A stretch of 62,661 nucleotides of DNA, counting the filler, from Deltaproteobacteria bacterium (GTDB taxonomy: Bacteria; JAUYMQ01), in assembly GCA_030698575.1 (NCBI GenBank). It is 5 parts of 5 records of this genome, joined end to end, with 100 filler letters (N's around TTAATTAATTAA, not from the genome) between each part and the next. Parts side by side here need not be neighbours in the genome. Positions count along the whole stretch, not along the records: positions 9,019 to 25,190 come from JAUYMQ010000192.1; positions 25,291 to 31,380 come from JAUYMQ010000193.1; 3 more parts are not named here. One strand, 5' to 3'. This document shows, piece after piece, positions 20,900-30,473 of the stretch. The notes under the pieces are model-generated. The model searched no databases. It was not told the origin of the DNA and saw only the letters and a list, made by a program, of their open reading frames with translations. Position 1 is the first letter of the stretch. Every line of letters begins with the position of its first letter. The position numbers were made by a program, and so were the translations under genes.

Positions 20900-21878
20900 C
20901 GATCTCACGCCTGACCTTTTCGAGCGACCCCTTCACCGTGCAGCCCGAGGCGTTCCGGTGTCCGCCGCCCCCGTAGGCCGCCGAAATGAGGGTCGTATCG
21001 ACCCGGCCCTGCCCCCTGAGCGAAACCTTCCATTCCTCGGGGCCGATCTGACGCAGAAGGAAGGCCAGCTCCACCCCCGCGATACCGCGCGGGTAATTGA
21101 CGAAGCCCTCCACGTGCTCCGGGCCGGTTTCGGTCTGCTCGAACATCTCCGTGCTGACAACCACCGACGCCACGCTTCCGTCCTTCGTGATGTCGAGCGT
21201 GCCCAGCACGCGGGCGAGGAGCCGGTAGGTTTTCTCCTCGTTCGAATCAAAGATCTTCTGCGAAACGAAATCGGGCCGCGCGCCGCAACGAACCAGTTCC
21301 GCCGCAGCTTCGAGACACTCGGGGTTCGCGTTCGAATACCGGAACGATCCCGTGTCCGTCACGAGGCCGCACAGCAGGTTCGTCGCCACATCGACCGAGA
21401 TGGGGTGCCCGAGAGCCTTGAGGACCCGGAAGACCAGCAGCGCCGTCGCGCAGGCGCCCGGGTCGATGTAGTTCACTTCCGCAAAGCCCTGGCTGGAAAC
21501 GTGATGGTCGAGGTTCACGAAGCGAAAATCCGCCCTCCGCGACAGCATCTCGGGACCGACGCGCTCCAGCTCGCCGCAATCGCAGACAATCACCGTGTCA
21601 CCGGGCCGTGCACCATCGAGGGATTGCACGACTTCTCCCGCGCCTGGAAACGGCTTGAGCACGCGGGGAACCGGATCGGCGTTGTAGAGGATGGTCGTCT
21701 TGCCCATCTCGCGCAGCGCGAGGCCGAGGGCAAGGCTGGATCCGAGCGCATCCCCCTCGGGGTTCCGATGCGCGGTCACCAGAAACCGGTCCCGTTCGCG
21801 GAGAATGCGGAGGACCCCGGCCAGGGCGCCCTCTGAAGCGTGCGGGCCGGCGGCGCGAAGCGCGGCCGGTTCACTCAT
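20865..21878 (-). CDS. nrnA: DHH/DHHA1 bifunctional oligoribonuclease/PAP phosphatase
   Basis: H.NPEGDALGS, LDHH, TDTGSFRY, VSLR and GGGGH motifs; usual position after rbfA. Confidence 0.92.
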   Translation of the reverse strand: MSEPAALRAAGPHASEGALAGVLRILRERDRFLVTAHRNPEGDALGSSLALGLALREMGKTTILYNADPVPRVLKPFPGAGEVVQSLDGARPGDTVIVCDCGELERVGPEMLSRRADFRFVNLDHHVSSQGFAEVNYIDPGACATALLVFRVLKALGHPISVDVATNLLCGLVTDTGSFRYSNANPECLEAAAELVRCGARPDFVSQKIFDSNEEKTYRLLARVLGTLDITKDGSVASVVVSTEMFEQTETGPEHVEGFVNYPRGIAGVELAFLLRQIGPEEWKVSLRGQGRVDTTLISAAYGGGGHRNASGCTVKGSLEKVRREIDERARALLAPG

Positions 21879-22213
21879 TCGATGTCTCTCAACAAGTCGC
21901 TGATCCTGGCCCCCGTTTCCAGCGAGTCATCGTGCAGGAACCGAAGCTCGGGGGCGAACTTGAGCCTCAGTCGCCGGCCCAGCTCCCGCCGGATAAAGCC
22001 GGCCGCCTTGGTGAGGCCCACCAGGCTTTCCTCGGATTCTTCTTTCGTCCCTATCCGGCTGAAAAAGACCTTCGCCTGCCGCAGATCCGGCGACATGAGG
22101 ACATCGGTGATCGTCACGAGCCCGATGCGGGGATCCTTGAGATCGCGCAGGATCATCTCACTGATCTCGGCCCGGACGGTCTCGCCCACCCGCGACAGCC
22201 GCTTGGGAATCAC
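21875..22213 (-). CDS. rbfA: Ribosome-binding factor A
   Basis: KDPRIGLVTITDV.MSPDL..AKVF and PELRF..DDS. Confidence 0.97.
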   Translation of the reverse strand: MIPKRLSRVGETVRAEISEMILRDLKDPRIGLVTITDVLMSPDLRQAKVFFSRIGTKEESEESLVGLTKAAGFIRRELGRRLRLKFAPELRFLHDDSLETGARISDLLRDIE

Positions 22214-22237
22214 CAGTAAGTCCCCGCTGGAGCCCCT

Positions 22238-22624
22238 TCATTCCTCGTCGCCGCGAATGTCTCCGGCGTCGATGGCCTCCCCGTCCTCGAAACCCTCTTC
22301 CTCTTCATCCCCGAGAGCGAACTCACTTTCACCGTCGTTGAAGTGGATGATCTCAATCTGCGAATCGACGATCTCGGCCAGGGCTAGAGAAGCGATGAAG
22401 TTCTGAACCTTGTCGAGCTGGGAGTTCACATGGGGGCCGTCATTTCCCGCCACTGCCAGTCCGAGTTCGATCCTTCGCCAGAGATCATTCGAGCCGATCT
22501 CCGCGATCGAAACGTTGAACTTGTTCGCCACGCGGCTCTTGATCCGGTTCAGGACGCCACGCTTGGCCTTGAGCGAATTGCCGGCCTGGTGGATCATACT
22601 GAGCCTGCAAACCCCAACCACCAT
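22238..22624 (-). CDS. DUF503 (YlxP-like) protein with acidic tail
   Basis: SLKAKRGV and KFNVSIAE...DLW motifs; lies between infB and rbfA. Confidence 0.9.
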   Translation of the reverse strand: MVVGVCRLSMIHQAGNSLKAKRGVLNRIKSRVANKFNVSIAEIGSNDLWRRIELGLAVAGNDGPHVNSQLDKVQNFIASLALAEIVDSQIEIIHFNDGESEFALGDEEEEGFEDGEAIDAGDIRGDEE

Positions 22625-22725
22625 GGCTGGCCTTCCGTCCCTGGCCTTCGGGGGGACATCCGGTAGTCAGCGGGGGATCGGCCGAACGTCCACCGCCACT
22701 GCTCCCCGCGGGACCGGCTGGAGCG

Positions 22726-25190
22726 TCAGGCCCTTGCCCCGGCGGGCGCGGCCCTGGCCCCGGAAGACTCGAGCCGGGTCTGCAGCTCCTCGATGTTGTA
22801 GGTCTCCAAAACGTCGCCTACCTTCACATCGTTGAAGTTCTCGACCCGGATGCCGCATTCGAGGCCGGACTGAACCTCCCGCACGTCGTCCTTGAATCGC
22901 CTGAGCGACCCGATCTTGCCGTCGTAGACCACCACGGAGTCGCGAATGACCCGGATACGGTTCGAGCGCGAAATGGTGCCGTCGGAGATCATGCAGCCCC
23001 CGATCGTTCCCAGCTTGGCGATGCTGAAGACATTCCGCACTTCAGCCCGTCCCGCGACAGTTTCCTTGAGCGTCGGCGCAAGCAGGCCCTCCATCGCCTT
23101 GCGGATCTCATCGACCGCCTCGTAAATGATGGTGTAGAGGCGTATGTCAACCTTCTCCTGCTGGGCCAGCGCCAGCGCCTTGGGGTCGGGCCGCACGTGA
23201 AAACCGATCGTGATGGCGGCGGAGGCGCTTGCGAGGTTCACGTCGCTCTCGTTGATCCCGCCGACAGCGCCATGGATCATCCTGACCTGAACATCCTTCC
23301 CGGAAAGCTTTTGGAGGGCATCGCGTACGGCTTCGACCGAACCCTGGGTGTCCGCCTTGATCACGACGCGAAGCTCCTTTATCTCACCCTCCTGGATCTG
23401 TTCGAGGAAGTTTTCGAGCGTCGGCTTCTCGGCCGCTGTCAGCGAACCCGCCCGATCCTTCTCCCCGCGCTTTTCTGCGACTTCCCTGGCGACCTGCTCG
23501 CTCGGGGCGGCGTTGAACGGATCGCCCGCGAGCGGCACGCCCGAAAGCCCCTGAACCTCAGCCGGCAGCCCTGGCGTCACTTCCTTCAGCGGCTTGCCCA
23601 AATCGTCGTTGATCGCGCGGACGCGCCCGTGGTGAAAGCCCGCAACGATGTAGTCCCCTTGCCTGAGCGTGCCCTCCCGAACCAGGATCGTCGCGATGGG
23701 CCCACGGCCCCGCTCGACCCGCCCCTCGATCACCACGCCGGAGGCGAGCATGTCGGGATTGGCCTTCAGTTCCATGATCTCGGCCTGCAGGGCGATGCTC
23801 TCCAGGAGCTCGTCGAGGCCGGTCTTTTGCTTGGCGGAGACGTTGACGAAAATCGTGTCGCCGCCGAGCGATTCGGGGACCAGCTCGTATTCCATCAGCT
23901 TGTTCTTGATGCGTTCGGGATCGGCACCCGGCGTGTCGATCTTGTTGATGGCGACAAGGATGGGTACGCCGGCCGCCTTGGCATGGTCGATGGCCTCGAT
24001 GGTCTGAGGCATCACGCCGTCGTCCGCCGCCACAACCAGGATCACAATGTCGGTCACCTGCGCGCCACGCGCTCGCATGGCGGTGAAAGCCTCGTGCCCC
24101 GGCGTGTCGAGGAACACGATGTTCCCCTTCTTGGTCCTGACGTGATAGGCGCCGATGTGCTGGGTGATCCCGCCTGCTTCGCGGGACGTCACGTTGGTCT
24201 GCCGGATGGCGTCGAGAAGGGAAGTCTTGCCGTGATCCACGTGGCCCATCACCGTGACAACGGGCGGCCGCGGGAGCAGGTCTTCGGGCTTCGCCTCGGC
24301 GGAGGAGACGAGAAGGCTCTCGAACTCGACCGTCACGTTTTCGACTTCAAAGCCGAATTCCTGGGCGACGAGAGCCGCGGCGTCGGGTTCAATCGCGGAG
24401 GTGATATTGACCATCATGCCGAGGCCGATGAGCTTCTTCAGGACCTCGGGGGCTTTCACGCCCATCCGTTTCGCGAAGTCCTGCACCCCGATCTGGCCCG
24501 AGATCTTGACGATGCGCTTGGAAGCCCTGGGCGTTGTGATGAGAGTCTTTCGGGAGTCTTTTTTGACCACCGTGCGCCGCCGGTAGCCCGGCCGGCCACG
24601 GCCGTAGGACTGCCCGCCGGTGGGGCGCACGGAAACGCCACCCCTCCAGGTCGGGGCGCGCTGCGCAAGACCCGGCAGCTCCTCCGGTAGCACCTCGATA
24701 ACCTCGCGGCCGCGGCGCACCACAGGCTTGAGCGTCTTCTTTTTCGGCTTCCCTTCGTCCTTGTCCTTATCGCCGCGCCGCCGGGCCGCCAGGCCGTCAT
24801 CCTTGTCGTCGGCCGGGAGCGGCTTTCGCGCCGTTTCGGCCGGCGCGGCGGTCGCAGCCGCAGCGCCGGGCTGCACCGTTCGAGGCGCCTCCACCGCGGA
24901 CGGCGTCTCGACAACCGCAGGAGCAATCGGTGTTGCCTCGGGGGCGATCGCGGGTGCGGCTCCCGCCTCGGCCTCCTTGGCGACGAGCGCCTCCTCGGGA
25001 GCGGGGGGCGGAGGCGGCGCCTTCGCCTGCCGACGCCGGATCACGCCGCCGGCGACCCGCTTCTCGACCATGCGGCCGCGCTGATATTCCCCGATCTCTT
25101 CCTTGATCTGGTCGACGCTCTCTTCGGGAATGGCGCTCATGTGGGTCTTGAGCGGCCTTCCGATTCCGCCCATGATCTGCAGAAACTCCT
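22726..25190 (-). CDS. infB: Translation initiation factor IF-2 (extreme 5' end cut by contig end)
   Basis: [38 protein letters not shown] and NKID; frame stays open to the linker. Confidence 0.98.
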
Positions 25191-25290
25191 NNNNNNNNNN
25201 NNNNNNNNNNNNNNNNNNNNNNNNNNNNNNNNNNTTAATTAATTAANNNNNNNNNNNNNNNNNNNNNNNNNNNNNNNNNNNNNNNNNNNN
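25191..25290. other. Artificial contig linker
   Basis: N44-TTAATTAATTAA-N44. Confidence 0.99.
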
Positions 25291-25292
25291 AT

Positions 25293-26252
25293 TGGCCGCT
25301 CACGAGCTCCAGGGTGAACGGCATGCCGGACTTCGCACCTGCGAATGAGGCATTTCTCTGGATGAACCAAGCTACCGAGGATCCGGGCGGCGTTCAGAAT
25401 CCCGAGATGAAACCTGCTTACGGTGTCATCGCGCCATGGCACTTCGGGCCATGGCTCAATTACATCGCGGAAAGACCGGCGCTGGCAACGCCGTTCATTC
25501 TCTCCGTAAAGGAGCAGGAAGCGATCCGGATGAGCATCGATTTCTTTTTAGCGACGGAAGAGATGGAAGCGGTGAAGCTCGCTGAGAATCAGGATCTCCG
25601 GTACGTGGTCGTCAGGGAAATCGACCCCTTCCTACCGACGTACCTGGAAGTTCAAGGCCGATCGATGGCTGATTTCGTCGGAGCGACAAAATCTCTGGGT
25701 GATGACGCGCTCCACTATGCCGCCGTCTACTATCGCACCATGACTAACCAGATGCTCCTGCTCGACGGATGCCGCGAGGAGCGCCTTGGTTTACCGGGAC
25801 TCGGACAGTTTCGCATCGTTTACGAATCTTCCTACCATTTTCAAAGGTCTGTTGGGCTCCTGGACGGTTCCTCAAAGGCTCCGCCCCTCGGAGTCAGCAG
25901 CGTGAAAATATTCGAAAGAATGAAGGGCGCGCGACTGGAGGGGATGGGAGCGCCCTTGGAAGAAGTAGTTGCCCGTTTGCGGGTGCGGACCAACCAGGGA
26001 AGGGTGTTCGTATACGAGAAGGGAGTTCGGAGCGACGAGACTGGGCGCTTCTCCATGCGCGTGCCCTATGCGCCCGGCGAGAAGTGGGAGGGCGGGCTGA
26101 CCCGCGCGCTGGGGCTTTACGAGATTACCGGCGTCGGGGGAAGTGCTCGCACCGCGGTGACCGAGGAGCAGGTGCGCCTCGGGGCGCGCGTGGAGGTCGG
26201 GGCCCTCAAGCACGGGGCGGCCGAGGCGGCTCCTGAGGGGAATTCACTTTGA
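25293..26252 (+). CDS. C-terminal soluble part of an STT3/AglB-like oligosaccharyltransferase (5' truncated)
   Basis: AFLWM...T; PAYGVIAPWHFGPWLNYIAERPALATPF (WWDYG-region equivalent); LRYVVV; TMTNQMLLLDG; FRIVYES; VKIFERMKGARLEG; RTNQGRVFVY; GRFSMRVPY. Motif order resembles euryarchaeal AglB C-termini (recognised from memory, no search run). Confidence 0.78.
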   Translation, partial: WPLTSSRVNGMPDFAPANEAFLWMNQATEDPGGVQNPEMKPAYGVIAPWHFGPWLNYIAERPALATPFILSVKEQEAIRMSIDFFLATEEMEAVKLAENQDLRYVVVREIDPFLPTYLEVQGRSMADFVGATKSLGDDALHYAAVYYRTMTNQMLLLDGCREERLGLPGLGQFRIVYESSYHFQRSVGLLDGSSKAPPLGVSSVKIFERMKGARLEGMGAPLEEVVARLRVRTNQGRVFVYEKGVRSDETGRFSMRVPYAPGEKWEGGLTRALGLYEITGVGGSARTAVTEEQVRLGARVEVGALKHGAAEAAPEGNSL

Positions 26253-26278
26253 CAAGCCAGGCGAAGTGCTTTAAAACT
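26249..26278 (+). promoter_or_regulatory. Possible sigma-70 promoter for the wecE-like gene
   Basis: TTGACA (26249-26254), 17 nt, TAAAAC(T); the -10 is imperfect. Confidence 0.4.
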
Positions 26279-26286
26279 CTAGGGAA

Positions 26287-27459
26287 ATGATGAGCAAGCG
26301 CGCCGACATCCCCGAGTCCAAGGTCATTCCCTTCTCGGCGCCGAGCCTGGGAGAGGACGAGGTCCGGGCCGTCGCGGAAGCACTTCGGTCAGGGGCCGTG
26401 GGCGGCGACGGGCCCCTCGGCAAGGCCCTCGCCCTTCGAATGGGCGAGCGCTTCGGCATCCGCCACGTCCTGCTGACCCCCTCGGCCACCCACGCACTCG
26501 AGCTGGCCCTCCAGGTTGCCGATATCGGTCCTGACGACGAGGTAGTCCTCCCCAGCTTCACTTTCGTCTCCGTCGCGAACGCCGTGCTTCGACGTGGCGC
26601 GCGTCCGGTGTTCGCTGAAATCTCCGACGCGACGCTCGATCTCGATCCCGACCGGCTGGAGGAAGTCGTCACGCCGCGGACCCGCGCCGTCATTCCGGCG
26701 CACTACGGCGGCGTGGGAGCGCCCATGGAACGCTACCAGGAGATCGCCGGGAGGCAGGGCATCCGCGTGATCGAGGACGCGGCGCAGGGCCTGGGCGCCC
26801 GGCGAGGCGGACGATGGCTCGGCGGCTTCGGTGACATGGCGGGTTTCAGCTTTCACGAGACCAAGAATCTCACCTGCGGCGAAGGGGGCGCGTTCCTGAC
26901 CCAGCGCGACGACCTGTTCAAGCGCGCGGAGGTCATCTACGAGAAAGGGACGAACCGCTCCCAGTTCTTCCGCGGCGAGGTCGACAAGTACACCTGGATC
27001 GGGCCGGGCGGAAGCTACGTGCTCTCCGACATCCTGGCGGCACTGCTCGGTGTGCAGCTTGACAGGATGGAAGCGCTGCACGCCGCCCGGCGCCGCGTCT
27101 TCGAGCGCTATCAGGCGGGGCTCTCCGATCTTGCACGCGAGGGAAAGCTCCAGCTTCCCGTCATTCCGGACGTGTGCGAGCCGAACTGGCATGTCTTCTA
27201 CGTCCGCCTTCCCTCGGGCGAGGAACGCGACCGGGTGCTGGCGGAGATGAGGCGGCGAGGCATCATGTGCACTTTCCACTTCGTGCCGCTTCACAGCTCG
27301 CCATTCGGCAGCGCCCAGCTCGGCTACCGCGAGGGGGATCTGCCGGTGACCGAGGCCGTGAGCCGGACCCTGCTGCGCCTGCCGCTTCACGCCGGGCTGA
27401 CCGACGAGGATGTGTCTCGCGTGATCGAGGCGATGGGGGAGGTTGTTCGTGGCCGCTGA
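26287..27459 (+). CDS. wecE: dTDP-4-amino-4,6-dideoxygalactose transaminase-like (DegT/DnrJ family)
   Basis: LLTPSATHALE, PSFTFVS.ANA, IEDAAQ, FSFHETKNLTCGEGGA and EKGTNRSQFFRGEVDKYTW (RffA/WecE-type segment). Confidence 0.88.
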   Translation: MMSKRADIPESKVIPFSAPSLGEDEVRAVAEALRSGAVGGDGPLGKALALRMGERFGIRHVLLTPSATHALELALQVADIGPDDEVVLPSFTFVSVANAVLRRGARPVFAEISDATLDLDPDRLEEVVTPRTRAVIPAHYGGVGAPMERYQEIAGRQGIRVIEDAAQGLGARRGGRWLGGFGDMAGFSFHETKNLTCGEGGAFLTQRDDLFKRAEVIYEKGTNRSQFFRGEVDKYTWIGPGGSYVLSDILAALLGVQLDRMEALHAARRRVFERYQAGLSDLAREGKLQLPVIPDVCEPNWHVFYVRLPSGEERDRVLAEMRRRGIMCTFHFVPLHSSPFGSAQLGYREGDLPVTEAVSRTLLRLPLHAGLTDEDVSRVIEAMGEVVRGR

Positions 27460-28417
27460 TCGCTCCGCGATGGACGTCTCCGTCGTCGTCCCGGTCTATC
27501 AAAACGCCGGAACGCTCCGGGAACTTCACCGGCGCATTGCCAAGGTGCTGGACGACCGGGATCTGCGGTTCGAGATCATCTTTGTCGACGACGGGAGCAA
27601 GGACGGCTCCTGGGACGCGCTCAAGGCGCTTGCGAAGGAAGACGCGCGGGTCCGCCCCCTTCGATTCGTCCGCAACTTCGGCCAGGCCGCCGCTCTCAGC
27701 GCGGGCTTCGAACGGGTGCAGGGGCGGGTGGCCGTCACCATCGATGCGGATCTTCAGAACCTGCCCGAAGACATTCCCGCTCTTCTCGACGAAATTGACC
27801 GCGGCTACGAATTCGTGAGCGGCTACCGCACGGAACGGGAAGATCACTATCTGTTCCGCGTTCTTCCGTCGCGGCTCCTGAATCGCCTCGTGCAGGCGAC
27901 GATCGGGATTCCGCTCCGCGACTACGGCTGCGGGCTGAACGCGCTCAGCCGGCGGCTGGCGCTCGAGGTGCGGCACCATGGCGAGATGCGCCGCTTCCTG
28001 AAGCCGCTCGTGGTCATGCTGGCGGAGTCGGTCTCCGAGGTGCCTGTCCGCCAGGGCGGCAGCGGCGACCGCTCGCGCTACAGCTTCTCGAGCCTCGTGG
28101 GTCTTCAGCTCGACTTCTTCACGGGTTTCTCCCGCAAGACCTTCCAGCGCATAGGGCTGTTCGGCGTTCTGATGGCGCTGGCGGGATTTCTCGGCGGACT
28201 GGTCTACGTCGCGATCCTGTTCGGATTCGGGCACCCGCTCGGCGGCCGTTTCCAGGCGCTGATCATTCTCGCCATGGTCCTGGGCCTGCAACTGGTCGTG
28301 CTCGGGCTTCTCGGAGAGTTCATCGTGCGCATCTACCACCTCACGCAGGGGCAGCCGTTCTATCTCCTGAGAGAGAAGGACGAACGCGAGGCGCTTCGGG
28401 ACGATGATGGGCCTTGA
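27449..28417 (+). CDS. Polyprenyl-phosphate glycosyltransferase, GT2 family (ArnC/GtrB-like)
   Basis: VSVVVPVY, FVDDGSKDGS, RNFGQAAA, IDADLQN.PEDIP, DYGCG, two C-terminal TMs ending GLLGEFIVRIY. Confidence 0.9.
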   Translation: MAADRSAMDVSVVVPVYQNAGTLRELHRRIAKVLDDRDLRFEIIFVDDGSKDGSWDALKALAKEDARVRPLRFVRNFGQAAALSAGFERVQGRVAVTIDADLQNLPEDIPALLDEIDRGYEFVSGYRTEREDHYLFRVLPSRLLNRLVQATIGIPLRDYGCGLNALSRRLALEVRHHGEMRRFLKPLVVMLAESVSEVPVRQGGSGDRSRYSFSSLVGLQLDFFTGFSRKTFQRIGLFGVLMALAGFLGGLVYVAILFGFGHPLGGRFQALIILAMVLGLQLVVLGLLGEFIVRIYHLTQGQPFYLLREKDEREALRDDDGP

Positions 28418-29414
28418 AACGAGAGTCTTCACGGCTGCCGACGCCGGGGCGGTGCTGAAGCTCACCCGCGAGCAGTCCTATCCCGAGTTCCGCTGGTACC
28501 GCCTGACGAAGCAGGACTTCGCCGTCGACTACCTGGCCTGGCAGGTCGAGCGCTTTCTGGGCGAGGAGGCCTGCTTCGGGCGGGTTGTGGTGAAGGAGGG
28601 CGAGATCGTCGGTTTCGTCGGCGCGGCCCGATCGCCCTGGGAGTCGGAGCACTTCGGCCTTCCCATGGCGACCATCGCCCATATCTTCGCGCGCGGCGAA
28701 GGAAACGAGCGGGCTGCAATCGCCGCCGCTCTCCTGGCCTCCCTGGAGGGCGACGCGCGCGATCGCGGCTTTCGGCATCTGCGCGGCATGAGCGACATCG
28801 AAGACACGGCGCTCCTCCTGGCGCTCCAGGAGCGCAAGTTCCTGCTGGTCGACACGCTCGTCACCTATATCAGCGACAACCAGCGCCCGCCCGCGGCGCC
28901 TCCGCCGGTCGATCCTTCCTTTACGTTCGAGACCTACCGCAAGGAGGACTTCGGCCGCATCGATCCGGGCGAGATCTCTCACATCGCGAAGTTCATGCGC
29001 GAGGCCTACCGCATCGATCGCTTTCACGCCGATCCGCGCCTTCCGCGGGAGAAGTGCCACGAGGTCTACGTCGAATGGTTTCGGAACGTCTTCAACGGGA
29101 ACTGGGCGGACGGCGTTCACCTGCTTCGCAAGGAAGGGCGCGTGGTCGGGTTCCTCGGTTTCCAGTACTTCGCTGAGATCGAGGCGCGCTACGGCTCTAA
29201 AATCATCGGGCGCGGGCTGTCGGCCGTGCTGCCCGAGGGCCGCGGCGGGTATTCGGCGCTCACGCATGCCACGGTCAATCTTTGCCCTTACGGCAGCCGC
29301 CACGCCGAGTTCGATTCCCAGATCCAGAACTTCCCCGTCATAAACGTATGGGTGCGCAACGGCCTCTCCTTCGCGCGGGGCCGCTACACGCTGCACCGCT
29401 GGCTGGACCGATGA
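28404..29414 (+). CDS. WecD-like GNAT acetyltransferase, elongated
   Basis: WESEHFGL, RFHADPRLP..KCHEVYVEW, AVLPEGRGG and QIQNFPVINVWVRNG resemble dTDP-fucosamine acetyltransferase motifs; clustered with wecE. Confidence 0.65.
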   Translation: MMGLETRVFTAADAGAVLKLTREQSYPEFRWYRLTKQDFAVDYLAWQVERFLGEEACFGRVVVKEGEIVGFVGAARSPWESEHFGLPMATIAHIFARGEGNERAAIAAALLASLEGDARDRGFRHLRGMSDIEDTALLLALQERKFLLVDTLVTYISDNQRPPAAPPPVDPSFTFETYRKEDFGRIDPGEISHIAKFMREAYRIDRFHADPRLPREKCHEVYVEWFRNVFNGNWADGVHLLRKEGRVVGFLGFQYFAEIEARYGSKIIGRGLSAVLPEGRGGYSALTHATVNLCPYGSRHAEFDSQIQNFPVINVWVRNGLSFARGRYTLHRWLDR

Positions 29415-30451
29415 AGTCCACGACTGTGCTGGTCCTCCTGTCGCTGGTGTTCGGACTTCTGCTCTGCGAGACAATCCTCCGCGCCTCGGGGTACCTGCGC
29501 AGCCGATACCTCGTCCCTGATCGACCATTCTTCGTCGTGGATCCCGATCCTCGCATAGGCTACAGCCTGAAGCCTGGATATCGCGGAAATCCAACATTCT
29601 TCGACTTCAGGCAAAGGGAGTACAGGTTCCCACGGGTGGATTACACCGTGAACACCCAGGGCTTTAGAGGGCCGGAGTGGCTCCCCCTGGACGAGGGGGT
29701 GTTTCGCATTGCGGTGGTGGGAGATTCGATGGCCTTCGGCTTGGGTGTCGAAGAGGGTGAAGCGTTTCCGCGCATTCTCGAACGTGATCTGAATGGCTGG
29801 GCGGTGGAGAAGGGAATCGAACGCAGGTTTCGTGTCTACAATTTGGGAGTGCCTGGATACAACCTCGAGCAGGAGTACTTCACATGGTCTCGCTGGGGGA
29901 AGATCCTGAAACCGCAGATGGTAATACACGTGGTCTATATAAACGACTGCGAGGCGCAACTGCATTACGCACTCGGGACCATCGTGCGGGAATTCGGACA
30001 GAGGTTCCCTTCACACCTCCTCTTCTTGGCTAACGTTCTCCGGACGAACATTAGGTCTTCTCCGCCTGGGATCCGCGAGGGTACGGATCTCGAGGCGTGC
30101 CAAGACTATCTCAAGCAGTTCGGGGAGGGCGCCAAGGCTATCGGTGCAGACTACTGGGGTTTCGTTTTGGTGCCGGTGCAATATCTGAAGACTCTACAGG
30201 GGACGGATAAAGAGAAGATCGGAAGGTTGAACGCCTTTCGGAGGAGCATGGAGGGCGCATTTACTGCGAGCGGCGGACAGGCCCAAGACGTGATTGAAGT
30301 TCTTCTCGGTTATCCGCCTTACCAATTCCTGATCGATCCCCAAGACGACCACTTCAACGCGAAAGGGCATGTCGTTATCGCCGATGCGTTGAAGCGGAAG
30401 GTTATCGAGAACTACGCCGCCACTTGGCGGGAATCCGGCCAGAAAAGTTGA
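29411..30451 (+). CDS. Membrane-anchored SGNH/GDSL hydrolase-family protein
   Basis: N-terminal TM (ATG 29411 overlaps the previous stop), VGDSMAFG, NLGVPGYN, YIND and DDHFNAKGH blocks. Confidence 0.88.
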   Translation: MKSTTVLVLLSLVFGLLLCETILRASGYLRSRYLVPDRPFFVVDPDPRIGYSLKPGYRGNPTFFDFRQREYRFPRVDYTVNTQGFRGPEWLPLDEGVFRIAVVGDSMAFGLGVEEGEAFPRILERDLNGWAVEKGIERRFRVYNLGVPGYNLEQEYFTWSRWGKILKPQMVIHVVYINDCEAQLHYALGTIVREFGQRFPSHLLFLANVLRTNIRSSPPGIREGTDLEACQDYLKQFGEGAKAIGADYWGFVLVPVQYLKTLQGTDKEKIGRLNAFRRSMEGAFTASGGQAQDVIEVLLGYPPYQFLIDPQDDHFNAKGHVVIADALKRKVIENYAATWRESGQKS

Positions 30452-30473
30452 AACGCCCGTAGGACCGCCCGCC

